From the NCBI GenBank assembly GCA_040954595.2, contig CM082588.2, positions 1,603,935 to 1,667,934 of the forward strand: a DNA stretch of 64,000 nt, written 5' to 3'. Source of the DNA: Balanoglossus misakiensis (taxonomy: Eukaryota; Animalia; Hemichordata). The notes under the pieces were generated by a model. It was given only the letters and a program-made list of their open reading frames with translations, was not told where the DNA came from and did no database searches. The position numbers and the translations under genes were made by a program. This document shows positions 27,045-40,289 of this stretch, one piece after another (the stretch's first letter is position 1; the number at the start of each line of letters is the position of its first letter).

Positions 27045-27194
27045 GACTTTAATTTCACTGGTCCATCGATCAGCTGGTTGAGTAACGTGTGGTAATTAGC
27101 GCCCTCAACGTAGTGTCCACAAGGTCAATGCTGGGTCAATGCAACTTCCCAGTTCCCGGATGTTCCCGCCATGTGCCAAATTTCAAAATGGCGG
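27045..27194. promoter_or_regulatory. Bidirectional promoter NDUFAF4/NUP43 with a YY1/TISU-like motif at the NUP43 start
   Basis: The two ATGs are 143 bp apart, head-to-head; caaaATGGCGG overlaps the NUP43 start codon. Confidence 0.75.
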
Positions 27195-29727
27195 ATCCGG
27201 TCGTGAAATTTGTGTCACAGAAAATCAGTAAGATTAGGTGGCGACCCAGAGCTCAACAAGGACTGCAAGCGTCTGATGTGTTTGCTTCAGGTAGTTGGGA
27301 CGACGAGGTAAGGTCGATAATATAATAAGGTGTTTTCTTATGTGTCGTGAAGTGTCTACTGCAGGCGCTGTGGATCTCAGATGCTCAGATCTTGGAAACC
27401 GCTATGTACACACACTACTTCAATATTGGGTGTACACATGTAAAGAAGATGTGTGGCCAAAATCTAGACACCACATCTTTTTCTGTGTGTCCAAGTTTAA
27501 TGTATATCGTCTTGTTCTATTTATATTGTCAAAGTAGCCGTGATGAACACATTTCTGTCATATTTTTCCTCGACAGTAGAGTCGTGACACACCTTCACCT
27601 TTCCTTTCAGAGTTCCTTGACCTCTGACCTTCTATGGGACATTATATACATTGTAATATTTGTTACAGGAAAATAAAATAGCTATTTGGAAATGTCCAGA
27701 AACACGTGTGCCTAGTGATTCGAAAGAACAGGCTGTGGACCAATTGGAACCAGAGTTACTTTGTGAAAGCAGACATGTTGGCGATGTTACTGACCTCAAG
27801 GTGAGTGATTTGTACCCAGAAAGATTAGAGCCTGACTCCCAATAGAATCAACATACACAGTACCATGCTTACCTATTCACTTGACAACAATGCGTAAAAC
27901 ATTTACCTGTTGATTTGTATTTCAGTACATAGACAGTGAACGTCTGATAGGAGCATCTTCGACAGGGACAGTGACAGTCTACAGATACCATGAACATGCC
28001 AAGGTGGGTTAGTTTATAAATATTTTTTTTTATAAGACAGTTCTTAGATTACTCGCACAATCTCGTGCAATTTCAGAAATTCTACTAAGCTGATGTTATC
28101 AATAGAACTAAGAATCATTCTGTGGTGTTTTTTCTTTTTTTTTTGGCAGACTTTATCAGTTCATAATAACTGGGACAGTGTGCACCATCATCCAAGTGGT
28201 AAAAGCTGTCCATGTACGTGTGTGGCAGTCAATACACCAGATGTAGTCACAGTGGGTGAAGATGGTAGAATACATGTACTTAGATTAGACCAAAGACATC
28301 CTGTTAGAACAATTGGTAAGTCTCATGCAAGTACTTTAACCCTTTCACCCCCAGTATCCTCTTTAGTGGTCTAACCTAACCATAGAAAATAATTGGTTTG
28401 GATTGAACACACACTGATCAGCCAGATGTATATCTCTTGTTTTGCAGATGATGCAGATAGTTGTACAATACATGCAGTTTGTTATTTAAAGCAATATGAA
28501 GTTATTACAGTCAACTCAACGGGTCAACTGAAAATCTGGGACCTAAGGCAGCCCACTTCACAACCTAGCAGATCTTTTATACTGTAAGTTAAAAAAATCA
28601 TTGTTAGACCATTTCGTTTGTTTTACTGAGACTAGTTTTGTCAGCAGACTGGCTGGGTGGTAGACCGTGTGGTGTTAACAAAAATATTCATTTTATTATA
28701 AAGAAGAATTATTGTCTTTATTTTCAGTACCGGGGAAAGAATTCCTTTACACTGTATAGATAAGCATCCAAACCAACCTCACATTGTAGCTACAGGGGGT
28801 GAGGATGGTGTATTAACAATATGGGACATGAGGCAAGATAGGTTTCCAGTTACTCTGCTAGATGCTCACAGTACTAACAGTAAGTTGACTTCTATATAAC
28901 TACCACAGTTTACTCTTTGTGAGTTGGTAAGATTTGCTGAATTGTTATATGCTTTTCATATCAATAACTTGATATTCTACTTTCATCGTTTTTGTCTTGC
29001 AGTGTGGGAGGTGAAGTTCCATCCGTCAAATCCGAATCACTTATTTACATGTTCTGAAGATGGTTCCGTATGGCACTGGGATAACAACACTTCATCTCAG
29101 GTTTCCATGTCAACGCAGCTGTCCACTTCCTTGGTAGCTGGTTCAGGTAGCCTCAATGGTACTTTCATCTTTGATTTCATCTTGTGTAGCATGAGATGCT
29201 GTCTTAGTGCCCTAGAACCCACAACAGAACATTGATAATTCCTGCCAATCTGTACTGTTACCTCTAATTTGCAACTTCAGTAACGTACATTGTAGACAAA
29301 CCTTTACAAAGTTGGCCATCGTCAGCATGTTGAACATATCACCAGCAAGTGCCCAAATGCACTGGTATCACAATTATTATTTCATACTCAAGATACTGAC
29401 TTAGTATAATCAGTCGTGCTGTCTGAAATATCTTTGCATGCATTTGGAGACTGACCAAGCTTATCTGTTGCAGGTGTAGGCACAGGAGGAGGTCACTTGT
29501 CATCAGCGTCAAGGGGACTAGGATTGCCCAGTAGTCAGCCAAGTCCAACGGGTGTGTCCAGCCCCTGGCTCAGTAGCGATGCCACATCTCAGAGAAACAT
29601 GGACATCACCACACTTCTGCCTCATAACAAAATGCCTGTCAATACACTTGATGTTGAAAATGACTGTCTTCTGTGTGGAACTGATGGCGAGGCAATATAC
29701 ATGGTGAGGAATCTGACAATTCGGTAA
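27188..29727 (+). CDS. NUP43: Nucleoporin Nup43 (WD40), ~393 aa; exons 27188-27307, 27669-27800, 27926-28003, 28150-28315, 28448-28583, 28728-28879, 29003-29146 (or -29158), 29474-29727
   Basis: KFVSQKISKIRWRP, ASGSWDDE, HVGDVTDL, TVGEDGRI, TVNSTGQLKIWDLRQ, CIDKHPNQPHIVATGGEDG, WEVKFHPSNPNHLFTCSEDGSVWHWD and LCGTDGEAIY are characteristic Nup43 segments; splice phases are consistent. Confidence 0.95.
28336..28410 (+). mobile_element. Copy of a short TTAA-CCC...GGG-TTAA (piggyBac-like) MITE family, truncated, in a NUP43 intron
   Basis: ttaaccctttcacccccagt...ggtctaacctaaccatagaaaat matches copies at ~52001, ~50870, ~57883 and, inverted, ~34030. Confidence 0.55.
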
Positions 29728-30549
29728 CGCAGGAAGATGTCTCTACCAAGGTGTGGAATTGCCAACGGTCAAGAAACTGGATAAAGACATGTGTCCGAGC
29801 CTAAGTTCCTGTGGGCCAGAAATAAGGACATGAACTTGTGTCCAAGCCAAACTGCGTCACCTTGATGGGGAGGGTGTTTTATTTTTGGCATTACATGTTG
29901 TATAGTGCAATTTTTTGTTAATATCTGAGTTTCCTCTGCCAGAGATTGGTTGAAACCCCTGTGACATTTATAGAGCCAATAAGATTCATCTGCCAAGCCA
30001 CCAGCGAAGAACAAATTTAGGCTGCCCCAACAAACTGAACAAATAGCCCCAGAGAGTGTAAACAAAAAGCATCACTGCCATTCATGGAATTTATTTCTAC
30101 AAAGTTGAATGAAAATAAGAATTCTCTTTTGTCAAGGAACACTTTGTTAGTCCCATTGTCACCCGATGTAATCCCAGATATTTTTCGATACTTTTGTACT
30201 TATTTGTCAAGGATTGCCACAATAATCAGGCTGGTTAATATGTATGTTTTTTAATATACCATTCACTACAACATTCGATTTTCTTTTATCTGCAACAAAG
30301 ATGGCTATACTGTACATTGTATGTGCTGAATACGTGTGTTGAAATCTTGTCCTGTGTTACATATTTAGTTTTTCTGTAAAGACACAACCCAGGGATATGT
30401 CACTATAAATCTTGAATTAAAACTCAGGCAATCATATCAAGCCCATTATCAAAGTAAACTTTGTCTCGCTCAGTTTCCTTTTATTGTGTATGCTCTGGCC
30501 CCATTGGCAGTGATAACTGTCGAAATAAATCTTATAACAGGTAGACTCT

Positions 30550-31581
30550 TCATCCTTCAGCATCAAGTCTTGTTTTGTAATTTGCATAACATTTAAACTC
30601 GTTGGCTAAATTTTTGGTATGCTTCGGTTGAAATTTACACACAGTCACACCAAGAACTTCCTGCGCAATTTCTTCCATTACTGCACCTAGTACAAAATAA
30701 AACAGACAATAAGAACTTTTGAGTTCAATTTCCTTTACAGCTGCCCTCATAGTTCATGCACATGAATGAAAGAATGAATGGCTTTCTGCCCTGTGAGGGC
30801 GTCATTGTGAAAATGCATCCATTCCCACATAATATACACACCTGTACACAGCAAGATCTTGTCCTTGGTTAAGAATTTCACAGTCTCTGCTGTTTTCCTC
30901 AAACATTCCTCCGAAAGAAACGGCGGATCAGCGACCACGATATCAAAGGAATGCGACCCTATGGATTCAGGCAGTTCAAGTGGTGCATTGTAATCATAGT
31001 AGACAAAATCCTGCGCGTAGATCTGAAATCTTGGGTCGTATTCCAGTAGAGTTGTTGTGCATGTGCTGGGTTTCAGCTCTCTTAGTTTTTGGTACAGTGT
31101 TGGTGATGATAGACAACATATCCTGTGGGTGATAAGCAGAAACAATGTCAAAGTTAAAACTTTAGATCTTATATGTTTAAATCAAGGTTCAAAGGATGCA
31201 TGCATGCACTTTCTCACCTCCCGGATGCTCCTGCAACACTCAGGGCTTCTTTTGCAAGAGCTGTGGCAGTTTCTTCATCATACCAGAACTGAGATAGTTG
31301 CTATGGAGACAAAAAATCAAAAACACATCAACGCGCAACACTGCAGTAGCAATATTTGGCACGGAGAAAAGAGACATGGATGCATGTGATTTCTGAGTGT
31401 GAGAGTTTCAGTAGAGCGAACTCACCCAGTCTTCATCAATGATGCCAGTTCCTTCCACAACCTTCCCAGACTGCATTTCAGCAAGCCGCTGCTCTTTCAC
31501 TTCCTGTTCAGCATAGAAGGACTGCAAAGCAGCCAATGTATCTGCTGGCAGCTGAGGTACATCATCATCAGAATCAGACAT
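30550..31581 (-). CDS. EEF1AKMT1: EEF1A lysine methyltransferase 1 (N6AMT2), ~218 aa; exons 31581-31426, 31300-31218, 31122-30842, 30686-30550
   Basis: [96 protein letters not shown]; 657 nt in frame. Confidence 0.95.
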
Positions 31582-31891
31582 TTTGGATATTGTTTTCAGA
31601 CAGACTCTGGGGATAAGTACAAAATCAAAAGAGTAGTTGACATCAACAGAAAATTGCATAAGAAATTCTTCTTTACATGTTATATCAGGCTACAGTCAGT
31701 GGATTCCAGAGCCTGCGTTTACTACATTGTACTACCATGTACCACAGTCAAGTACATTGTTAAAATCATGCGATCGTGCTTGTAATGTTTTGGTTCTTAT
31801 ATTTCCTTGTCTGTTATACACTGTGAGTAAACAATAATCATGAAACACTTGTCACAATACCCTATGGCTGGCTGTCGTGTCAATTACTCAC

Positions 31892-32011
31892 CGATTTCAT
31901 ACATGTGTTGATTGCACCATGTGTTTCTTTCGCACCAGAAGATATCGGTGTCAAAGGTTCATACGCATGCTCAGTTCACTTAGTTACAAAATGGCGTCCC
32001 TTGTTGCGTAA
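31892..32011. promoter_or_regulatory. Bidirectional promoter EEF1AKMT1/MATCAP-family gene
   Basis: Minus-strand 5'UTR exon donor (atcg|gtgagt) at 31892/31891; plus-strand YY1-like caaaatggcgtc at 31987; locally CpG-rich. Confidence 0.55.
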
Positions 32012-32939
32012 GGTTGCTGGCTGGCTGGGGCGGGGAGATAAAAAAGTTTGGAGACGGTGTTCTGCGGTGTAATTCTCGTCAACTCGGGAACAATACTGCT
32101 GCTACAGGAGACAATAAGTAAGGGTTCGTTTTCATCTTCTAAAGAACGTGAATTAATCTTTCAGTTAATCTCTAGTCGCGTCGGGCGTGCGTGCGTACGG
32201 TACCTCTCTTACGAACGCGAGGGGGCTGGGCTCCAAGCACCAGCTGTCAAATTTTGTACACACTGATTCAGGAGAGGCGGTCTTCAATAAGTATATCAAC
32301 AAACCCCGCTGGCCTTGTGTGGCCACTTTGCCTACGTCACTGAGTGAGATAACTAGCTAGAACCGTACATATACATGTAGTCTACTGGAGTAGTGTCTGT
32401 GATGTTTATTTCCTGCATGTAATGCACCTGGTGAAAATTTAAAGGGACTCAACAACCGGGACCGTGGTGTGAGTGTGGAGACATACAAGAGCCCATTCCT
32501 CTGAAGACACAAGTTTCATTTTAGGGGTGATCAGTATGGATGTTGCCTTGTTGGTATAATGTGAGCACATTAAATAATTGTAGACATAGTTTTTAGTACT
32601 ATAGTAGTGTACTAGCGTTTGTTGTTATTGTCAAGTATGTATTCACAAATTATTGATTTTTAAACAGTATTTTCTCCACAGCTAAATTATACATTCGTTT
32701 GCCTTTTAACATGTCTGACAGCTGTACTGTAATAAAAGTTCAGTGAAATATACATTGTATTTGTATTCAGGCAAATGTTGTATTGTTATTGCAGGAAAAT
32801 ATTTTTTTAGACAAGTTGAAAATACTAGTATTGATTATGGCATTTTCTTTTTTTCAAACCAGATCAAACCAATCATGTGCTGTATAAATTAAAAATACCT
32901 GTGAGTCAGGAAAGTAACCTTGGGGGAAATAAAGCAATC

Positions 32940-35689
32940 ATGAAGAAAAAGAAGAAATCTCAAAAAAGCAGCAAATCCAGAAGACGCATTCGCATCACGC
33001 CAAACCGGACAAATATTAAGAGCTATGATGCCACACCAAAGAGATTTGTGTCCAAGATTGATCCATTGAACTTAGAAGAGCAGAAACAGCGTTTTTTGAA
33101 ATATGGTCTCGTCCCGCGGTTTGAGCTACGGGGATCGCCGGACAGAATACAAGACATGGTGACGGCTAAGAGGGGCCAGATCCGGTTCCAGTACCTGCAA
33201 GACGCCAGGAGGATCCTGGATCAGGTGTATGAGAAGTATGGAAATGGGGAGGAATTCCTGACAAAGTCATTCGGGAAGAGAATCTCTGCCAGTCAAGCAA
33301 CGCCGACACTCAGTGAATATTTGAAGTTAAATCTGGTGGATGGGATGTTGTCTATTGGATGGACCAAAGACTTGTCTTGCAGGTAAACACAGATAATAGG
33401 CAGAGTAGATTGTGTTGAACCAAACATGTAAAGTTCATTTTCTAATTTTATCCATATGAGGCAAATGTCACATATTATTTGTTGTATTGCAGTGGCAGGA
33501 TGGCAATGACTGGTCCCAACACAAAACTGAACAAACCAGAAGCCAGGAGATTTTCACTGTGGTTGAAGGACTCCATTGACAACGCCTACCTGAGAGAGGG
33601 TGGAATCGCCTGTCTGGCAGACCATGAGATCGGCACACACTTTGTATCCTTTTATGGGAAAGAAAATACCAGCAAACTCTTAAAAAAACATGGTCCCTCC
33701 CCCGAGGAATGAATTGTAGTTGAAAGGATTTTTGCGTATTAATTATCCCGCTTTGAATCTCCTACACATATGATGTTGCCACCCTTGACTGCCACCTTCA
33801 GTTTCGTTCTTTGAATGACGGTCTACAGCCGTGGTACTCCAATCGCGACAGATTCGGCCTGAGACCAGTGAAATCACAGCAGTTGTTAGAAACAGAAGAA
33901 GGCCTGGCAACCGTCAACACGCACATTCAGGCCAAAGTACCATTGTTATTCATGCCAGCCTTAGTCTACTGTAAGTAAACCAATTCTTTTAAACTTTAGA
34001 TATATAACCCACTGCCAATCGATCTTCCCTATGGTAAAGTTGGACCTCTACAGAGGGAAAAAGTGTGTGAAAGGGATAAATCTGTCAGCTGTCATGTTTT
34101 CTCAAAGTGTTTGAGCATCAAATCATTAGCAAAGGAATGAACATATGTACTGGCCACTTGATAAACCCCACTTGAGGGATTTCCCTATGCTGGAGTATTT
34201 ATTCTAGGCGGTGGTGCTTTAAATCGTTCAAAATACCTTCATTGTTGTGTGTTTAAAACCCTGTGGCTGTGCTCTGCTGTTAGGACAACAGTGAGTACTC
34301 GAGGGATATAGGCTCATTTTTTCACAATGGAAATTATTTACGCACAGCAAATACCTGAACTAGTTTAAATCCACTGCCTGGAAACCACTGAATTAAGTTT
34401 CAAGTACGTTGCACAGAACAAATGAATCCTTGACACATCAAATGTAAACACATTTTCATGGAGCCACACCCCCCCCCCCATTCCAACACACAAACATACA
34501 ATCATGATACAACTCTTCTAACTGGTATTTACTGAAGTTCTGTAACAGTGGTAAGGCATATATGATTGGAGCTTTAATTACCTTTTATCAGGTTTGGGGA
34601 AAACTATTCTTTGTAGTATCGTTGGTTCGAATCAACAGGTGGTCTTGGATTATTACTATACATGCAATGTATGATATATGATAATAAACAAATTTTGTTA
34701 TTTTCAAACTTCTACAGACACATCCTGTAAAGCCACAGAGATGTCCTTTGAAGAACTGTATAACCATTTACAGCATTATGTTCAGAATCCAGAGCAGAGA
34801 TGGAAACATGTGATGAGGGTCAAACGGGGTCTGGAAAATCCTAATGACCTCGGGGGTTATGGAAAAGACCAGTGCTATTTTGCAGGTAGGAACAGTTAAT
34901 GTCTTCTTGCATGCGAGAATGGTTCTTACAATAAAAAGCTGAATCTTTAGTTCTGAATATAGTTGAATTATTTGTATAGAAATTATTAGTTTTTGCAGTA
35001 CTTGTTTTTTTTTCCTCATCAGAAATTCATCCAGGGAGAAGTGTTCAGTTTTTATTCCCCTAACATGATGCATTATTAAGCAATAGACAATTTCATTTCC
35101 TCTCCCAACAGGTGCAGTGGAAGTTCTGCGGAATATCGACAACATCGATTTCCAGTTGCTGTACGCTGGAAAGCTGTGCCTAGACGAGGTCAGCCGTGTC
35201 AAGAGAATTGCCAGGATGGAGTGTATTAAGCTTCCACACTTCCTGCAAAACATTGAGCAGTACAAGAAACGGTTGCGATACATAGCTCAGCTGAATGGCC
35301 TTATCCCCAAGGACGAGAGCCGACGCTCACCGAGGTCAAGATCGCGAAAGGGCCGCAAGACATCAAGTTCATCAATGTCTTCTCTGTCAACAATATCAGC
35401 AGCGACAAGCTCGTCCAGTCGTAACCTGGACAGCCCAGTCCCCACTAGAGCAGCGTCAGCGATGATGACACCAACCCCACCATCCTCGCTACCGCCACTC
35501 AAGCCATCGCGGCCACCGAAACTCAGACGGTCACCACTGAGACGACTTCTGGAGAGAAGAGCACAGTCGCAGCAGAAAATGTCACAGAAAGAAAACAGTC
35601 ATGGATCCTTGGAGGATGTCCACCTCTCCATGGATGCTTGTCTGCGAAGAAATGAAACCAAACGACAGCCACCAATTGTTAGTGCCTGA
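32940..35689 (+). CDS. KIAA0895: MATCAP/TMCP (KIAA0895/KIAA0895L) family gluzincin-type tubulin carboxypeptidase, ~502 aa; exons 32940-33382, 33493-33643, 33802-33970, 34718-34885, 35112-35689
   Basis: Catalytic-type HEIGTH (HExxxH), N..LQPW, ETEEGLA, MSF.ELY..L..YV.NPE.RW..V.RVKRG, KDQCYF.GAVEVLR and IDFQLLY.GK match the family; 1509 nt in frame. The start ATG is uncertain because the frame is open from the acceptor at 32863. Confidence 0.88.
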
Positions 35690-36119
35690 AATGTTTTAGT
35701 GTGTGAAATGTGTGCTTGTAATGTACAAGTTATAAGCCTCTTTTGAGTTTGAAATTTACATTATGTCCAGTATTATAATGGCAGAGGTTTCATTCCTGTG
35801 TGCTATTAAGTGTTGTGTGTGTTCTAAATCGCCTTGTGAACATGTATCTTGTAATCGAGTATTCAGCCACCGTTTTGTGCATTTTTGCTCCAATTTGACA
35901 AAACCTGGCTAGCTACTAAGCTATGTATTTTGGTACAAATGGCTTTATTGTGTTTAAGTGTTCAATGTATGTTAATGTTAAAAAGTGTATTTGTCATCCA
36001 GTTTTTATAGACATTGATCATGAACATTTTGGCAGTGATAGCAACCTGTGTGTACATCGAGTCCTTAATTGGTCCTGCCTAAAACCACAACACCTTCTAC
36101 AGCTATCGTGTGCTAGTAC

Positions 36120-36160
36120 TTCCTTGCATAGACCCTAGACTCCAGGGTCTATGTTCCTTG
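36120..36160. mobile_element. 27-bp hairpin micro-element (10-bp TIR CATAGACCCT) with 7-bp direct repeat
   Basis: catagaccct (36127-36136) and agggtctatg (36144-36153) are exact reverse complements; ttccttg flanks both sides (36120-36126, 36154-36160). Confidence 0.65.
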
Positions 36161-38485
36161 TCAAGATGATCTTATTCTTTAGTTATCTCAGATCATGTGA
36201 GTCATGTGTACATAAAATTAAATTATGTGTACATCAGCAGTTAGGAAAAAACATGTTAATCATGGAGAGTTGTTGGTGATGTTCTGAATGAAGAGACTTT
36301 AGAAAATTCGGAAAAGTACTCCGGCTAAGTCACGGGTATTTTGAGTACTTTGTTAAAAAGGACAGGCAGTCCATTTATTGTCATCAGTAATACCCCACTA
36401 TGTGGTGTTTTGTGTGTTTGTTTGTTTAAATGATATAATTCTTTGAAATCTGTATGAGGTGAGTATCATTACTATGACTTATAGCTGTGTGTGTGCAGTG
36501 ACAATCCAACCAAATATTTTACTGAAAAAATTTAAAACGTAGACGAGTAATCTCCTTACTTTTTACTGCTTGAAAACTCCATTTACCTATTCTTGCATTT
36601 ACATCCTTGATAACTTATTTATGTCCATGCTTTAAAATCCGTATTTATTAATAACATTTGTACAGATGTAAATTTCATAGCTGTAAATCTGAATTATTCT
36701 TTAGAAAAAAATATAATTTATATATCAAATTGTACAGAGATAGTATTATGGAATATAATTTAACTTGATATGAATTTGTTAGATTTTTTTGGCTTGAACA
36801 TACCACTTTCATGACCCATTTTTTCACTAAATGTTGTGGTGATTATCCTCCAAGCTGATCTGGTGAGTACTAGTTTTTAGATTTTTCTGAATTTTTTTCT
36901 TCAACATTTTATGGAGTACATTCCAAGTGGCATTTCAAGGTGTTGATTTCCCAGAGTTCATCAACAGACACCTGCTTGCATGCAGTTTCTGTTTATCAAG
37001 GAAGTTGTCTTGAGTGTTCGTTCTTTTTAATTTCCTGTTCCAAGATTTTCCATCATTAAAAAATAAGGTCGTTCAACCAGCTCTGTACTGGTCAAATGAA
37101 GGTCATATGCCCTCATTTTACTGGGATCGCAATTTCGTTGTATGTATGAACAGCAAGCTCTGAACTAGTTCATCTCATAGTTGACCTTCACAGGTGTTCC
37201 AATTCAGTTTCTTAACGCACATTTTGTTGAAAGTATTATTTCATAACTGAACTAGACAATGTGAGATATTTGTCTGTATTTTTTATATCAATGGTATTTG
37301 TTTGTTTGTTTGTTTGACCAGTTGGAGTACAAAGCAAAATGTCTTACCCATATTTTATGGCTAAAAAAAACAACTGAAATGACTTGAGTGGGCATGAACT
37401 GTCTGTCAGTTTGGACACACAGCCCTGTTAATAGTGCCATAACAATTTATTTTGACCTGCTCACCCAATATAGTGTAATATTTATATTTCTGAAAAAACA
37501 TTTGGTTTCTCTTTTGGAGTATTGGCCAATTTACGCATTATTACATGTTTACTTACACTTGTTACCATCGTTACAGCCCCCCCCCCCCCAAGTCCTTTGT
37601 TGTCATGGTTGTGTAGGGATTGTTTCCTAGTGACATACAGTTGACAATTAGGACTTGCAGGTGTTGTCAAAAATAATTCGATATATTACAATATCTGCCT
37701 TTGTCCTGAACACTTAATTGTTGTTTGGCGACAAAATGTAATTGTGTTTAATATACAGTATCCCCATTGTCCATGAACCATGTCCTGAATTGAGTGTCAT
37801 GCACACTTCAATTATTATGAGTAATCACGCACAGCACTCTACTTTTGTGGAACTGTGTCAACATGTATCACTCCCAGGGGGTAGGGGTGCTGTTTTGATC
37901 ACCATGCTGAATTCAGGAATTATGGTTTTTTAGTTACCACTATGGCCGTTTACCCAGAGCTGATTTTTTGTGTGGAAATGTGCCAAAGAAGTATTCATTT
38001 TTTCCCCATAGTAAATATTTAAGTAATTTCACCATGTTTTTTTACTCTTGATCCAACATTGGATTTTCATTTCAAGTTTGTATGCGACAATAAACTGTTT
38101 CTCGCCATGGCAAGTCATGTGTTTCCATATGTAGATTTTTTGAACTGGGACCATTTTCAAACTTGTAAAGGTGGAAGAATAGACACAAGCAAAAGATTGT
38201 GTGTGACTAAACAGTCCTGATTTTTATTACAAAAACTCATTTTTGATTTTTACTTCTCAGAGCAGTCTTTATACATGATACACTCCATGAAAGTTGGCAT
38301 TCAAATCAGCGTTGCTAAAGAAATCTCAGCGGTGAGCATCAGTCAAATCATACATTGACCTGTCAAAAGCATTTAACAGGGCTCATAAAAAAATTGCAGC
38401 CACTGTGCATTATTTGTTTGACAGGCGTCTAGTTTGCAATACTTTGTCCATGTAAATCAACAAAAGCGTAGCTCAGTTAAAATTA

Positions 38486-39914
38486 TCACGTCTGAATGTT
38501 TTCATCTGATTTTGCTTGTGTTGCCTCTGTGTGATCTTCAGTTTTAAGTGATGGGTGATCAGCCTTCACAGCATGCATTGCATAGGTGCAGCTTGTACTG
38601 GGAATCCAAGACCATTTCTTGCTCACTGGATTGTAGATGCTGCCGTGTACCAATCGAACGACGAAACCGTCTGAAAGGGAGAAAGAGACCATCAACAGTG
38701 CCATCAGTGTCTGGTAGGCACAGCACATATTTGAATGGAATATTGTCACTCCACAAGTGACTGTGAATGATGGTATCCAAGTTTAGCGAGGACACTCTTT
38801 GAATGAAGACTTGCCCACTACATGGCTACAAGGTCAAGGACAACAGACTTACTCTTCTCCATGAGGTGCTGAAGTTCCTTCAGGCTGACCAGCTTGTCCC
38901 ATTCATGAGATCCCTTGGGCACGACGTTGAGAGACTCTGCTGCCACTACTGCTACTGCATAGGCCAGTGCTGTTTTGTTTATGCTTGTCACGAACAAGGA
39001 TCCACCTGGCTGGAAAGGAAAACATTAACAATTATTATAAAGACATCTGTCTTTCTGTCTCTTCCTATAGCCATCTCTCATCTAATCTCTGCTGTTCTCT
39101 TCTATGTACCCACCTTGACAAGATCACAGCAGGTTCCCAAGAACGCACCCAAGTCAGTCACATGCTCCAAAACCTCTGACGCTACAACAGCGTCAAACTG
39201 TTCTTTCTTGGCAGCAGTCACTTCTTCGATCGACCCGCAGATGTACTTGACATTTTCACTGACCAGTGGATCGTGCAGTGAGTGCAGCTCAGCCATATCG
39301 AGCAATTCCTCAGCCAGGTCAACACCAGTAACACTGGCACCCAACCTGGCTAGGGGCTACAAAGATACAACACACAAATCCAGGTTAATTATAATTGGCG
39401 ACATGATGCTATCTTGCTGGAAGTGAAACTTAAAATATCTCTCAAATTATAGATTGTTTGCCCATGTTAAGGACCTGTTAACAATTCTAGGGTGATTCAA
39501 AATCAGATAGCTATCAAGTTTTGATTGCTTTCATTTTGCTCTATGATTGGCAGTGCCAGATACTTGATGTCAAAACAATACCACACCTCACTCAAGATGC
39601 CACCTCCACAACCAACATCCAGAATTTCAAATCCTTTCAACGGCTGTGGACCTGTAGAAACGACTCCCCTCTCCTGTAGTAAACCATCTCTGATCAAAGG
39701 AACTCTCAGCTTGTTCAAAGTGTGCAGAGCTTCAAGATCACCAGTTTCATTCCACCACTCCCCGGCAAGTCTTCGGAATTTGTTCACCTCATCCATGGCC
39801 ATGTGGTCATGTTTTGTTTCATTTTTAGTTGTCGATGAGTCTTCTGATATGATGTACACTGTCCTATAGGAATGAAAAATAATACAGGATCATCATCATC
39901 ATCATCATCATCAA

Positions 39915-39990
<76 letters not shown>

Positions 39991-40289
39991 ATCATCATCA
40001 TCATCATCATCACCATCACCATCACCATCACCATCACCATCACCATCACCATCATCATCATAGCGGTTACCATGCATGTTCTGTGTTTAGTATTTTGTTG
40101 TGAAGTAGAGGTCAAAAACTCAAAGATTACAAAACTGTGCTTGTGAAATACCATAACGTACCTTGCTGGCAATATTGTGATTGGTGAAATCTTGTCACCA
40201 TGTATGAGACTAGACGATCTAAATGAGCAGGGGACCCATTTCCGCCTAGCAACGCCTTGACACGCACGGCATAGTATTCTTAGAGACAT
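38486..40289 (-). CDS. COQ3: Ubiquinone biosynthesis O-methyltransferase, mitochondrial, ~329 aa; exons 40289-40162, 39863-39587, 39356-39114, 39009-38853, 38670-38486
   Basis: Arg-rich targeting peptide MSLRILCRAC..; EVNKF..LA.EWW..G..LH.LNKLRVPLIRD; SAM motif [57 protein letters not shown]; YNP....WSW; 990 nt in frame. Confidence 0.96.
39889..40061. repeat. (CAT)n/(CACCAT)n compound microsatellite in COQ3 intron 1
   Basis: About 170 bp of catcat.. switching to caccat..; directly visible. Confidence 0.95.

Noticed and set aside
39864-40160. Poly-His, poly-Asp and poly-Met ORFs
   Set aside because: Translations of the intronic (CAT)n microsatellite; COQ3 splices across it at 40162-39863.
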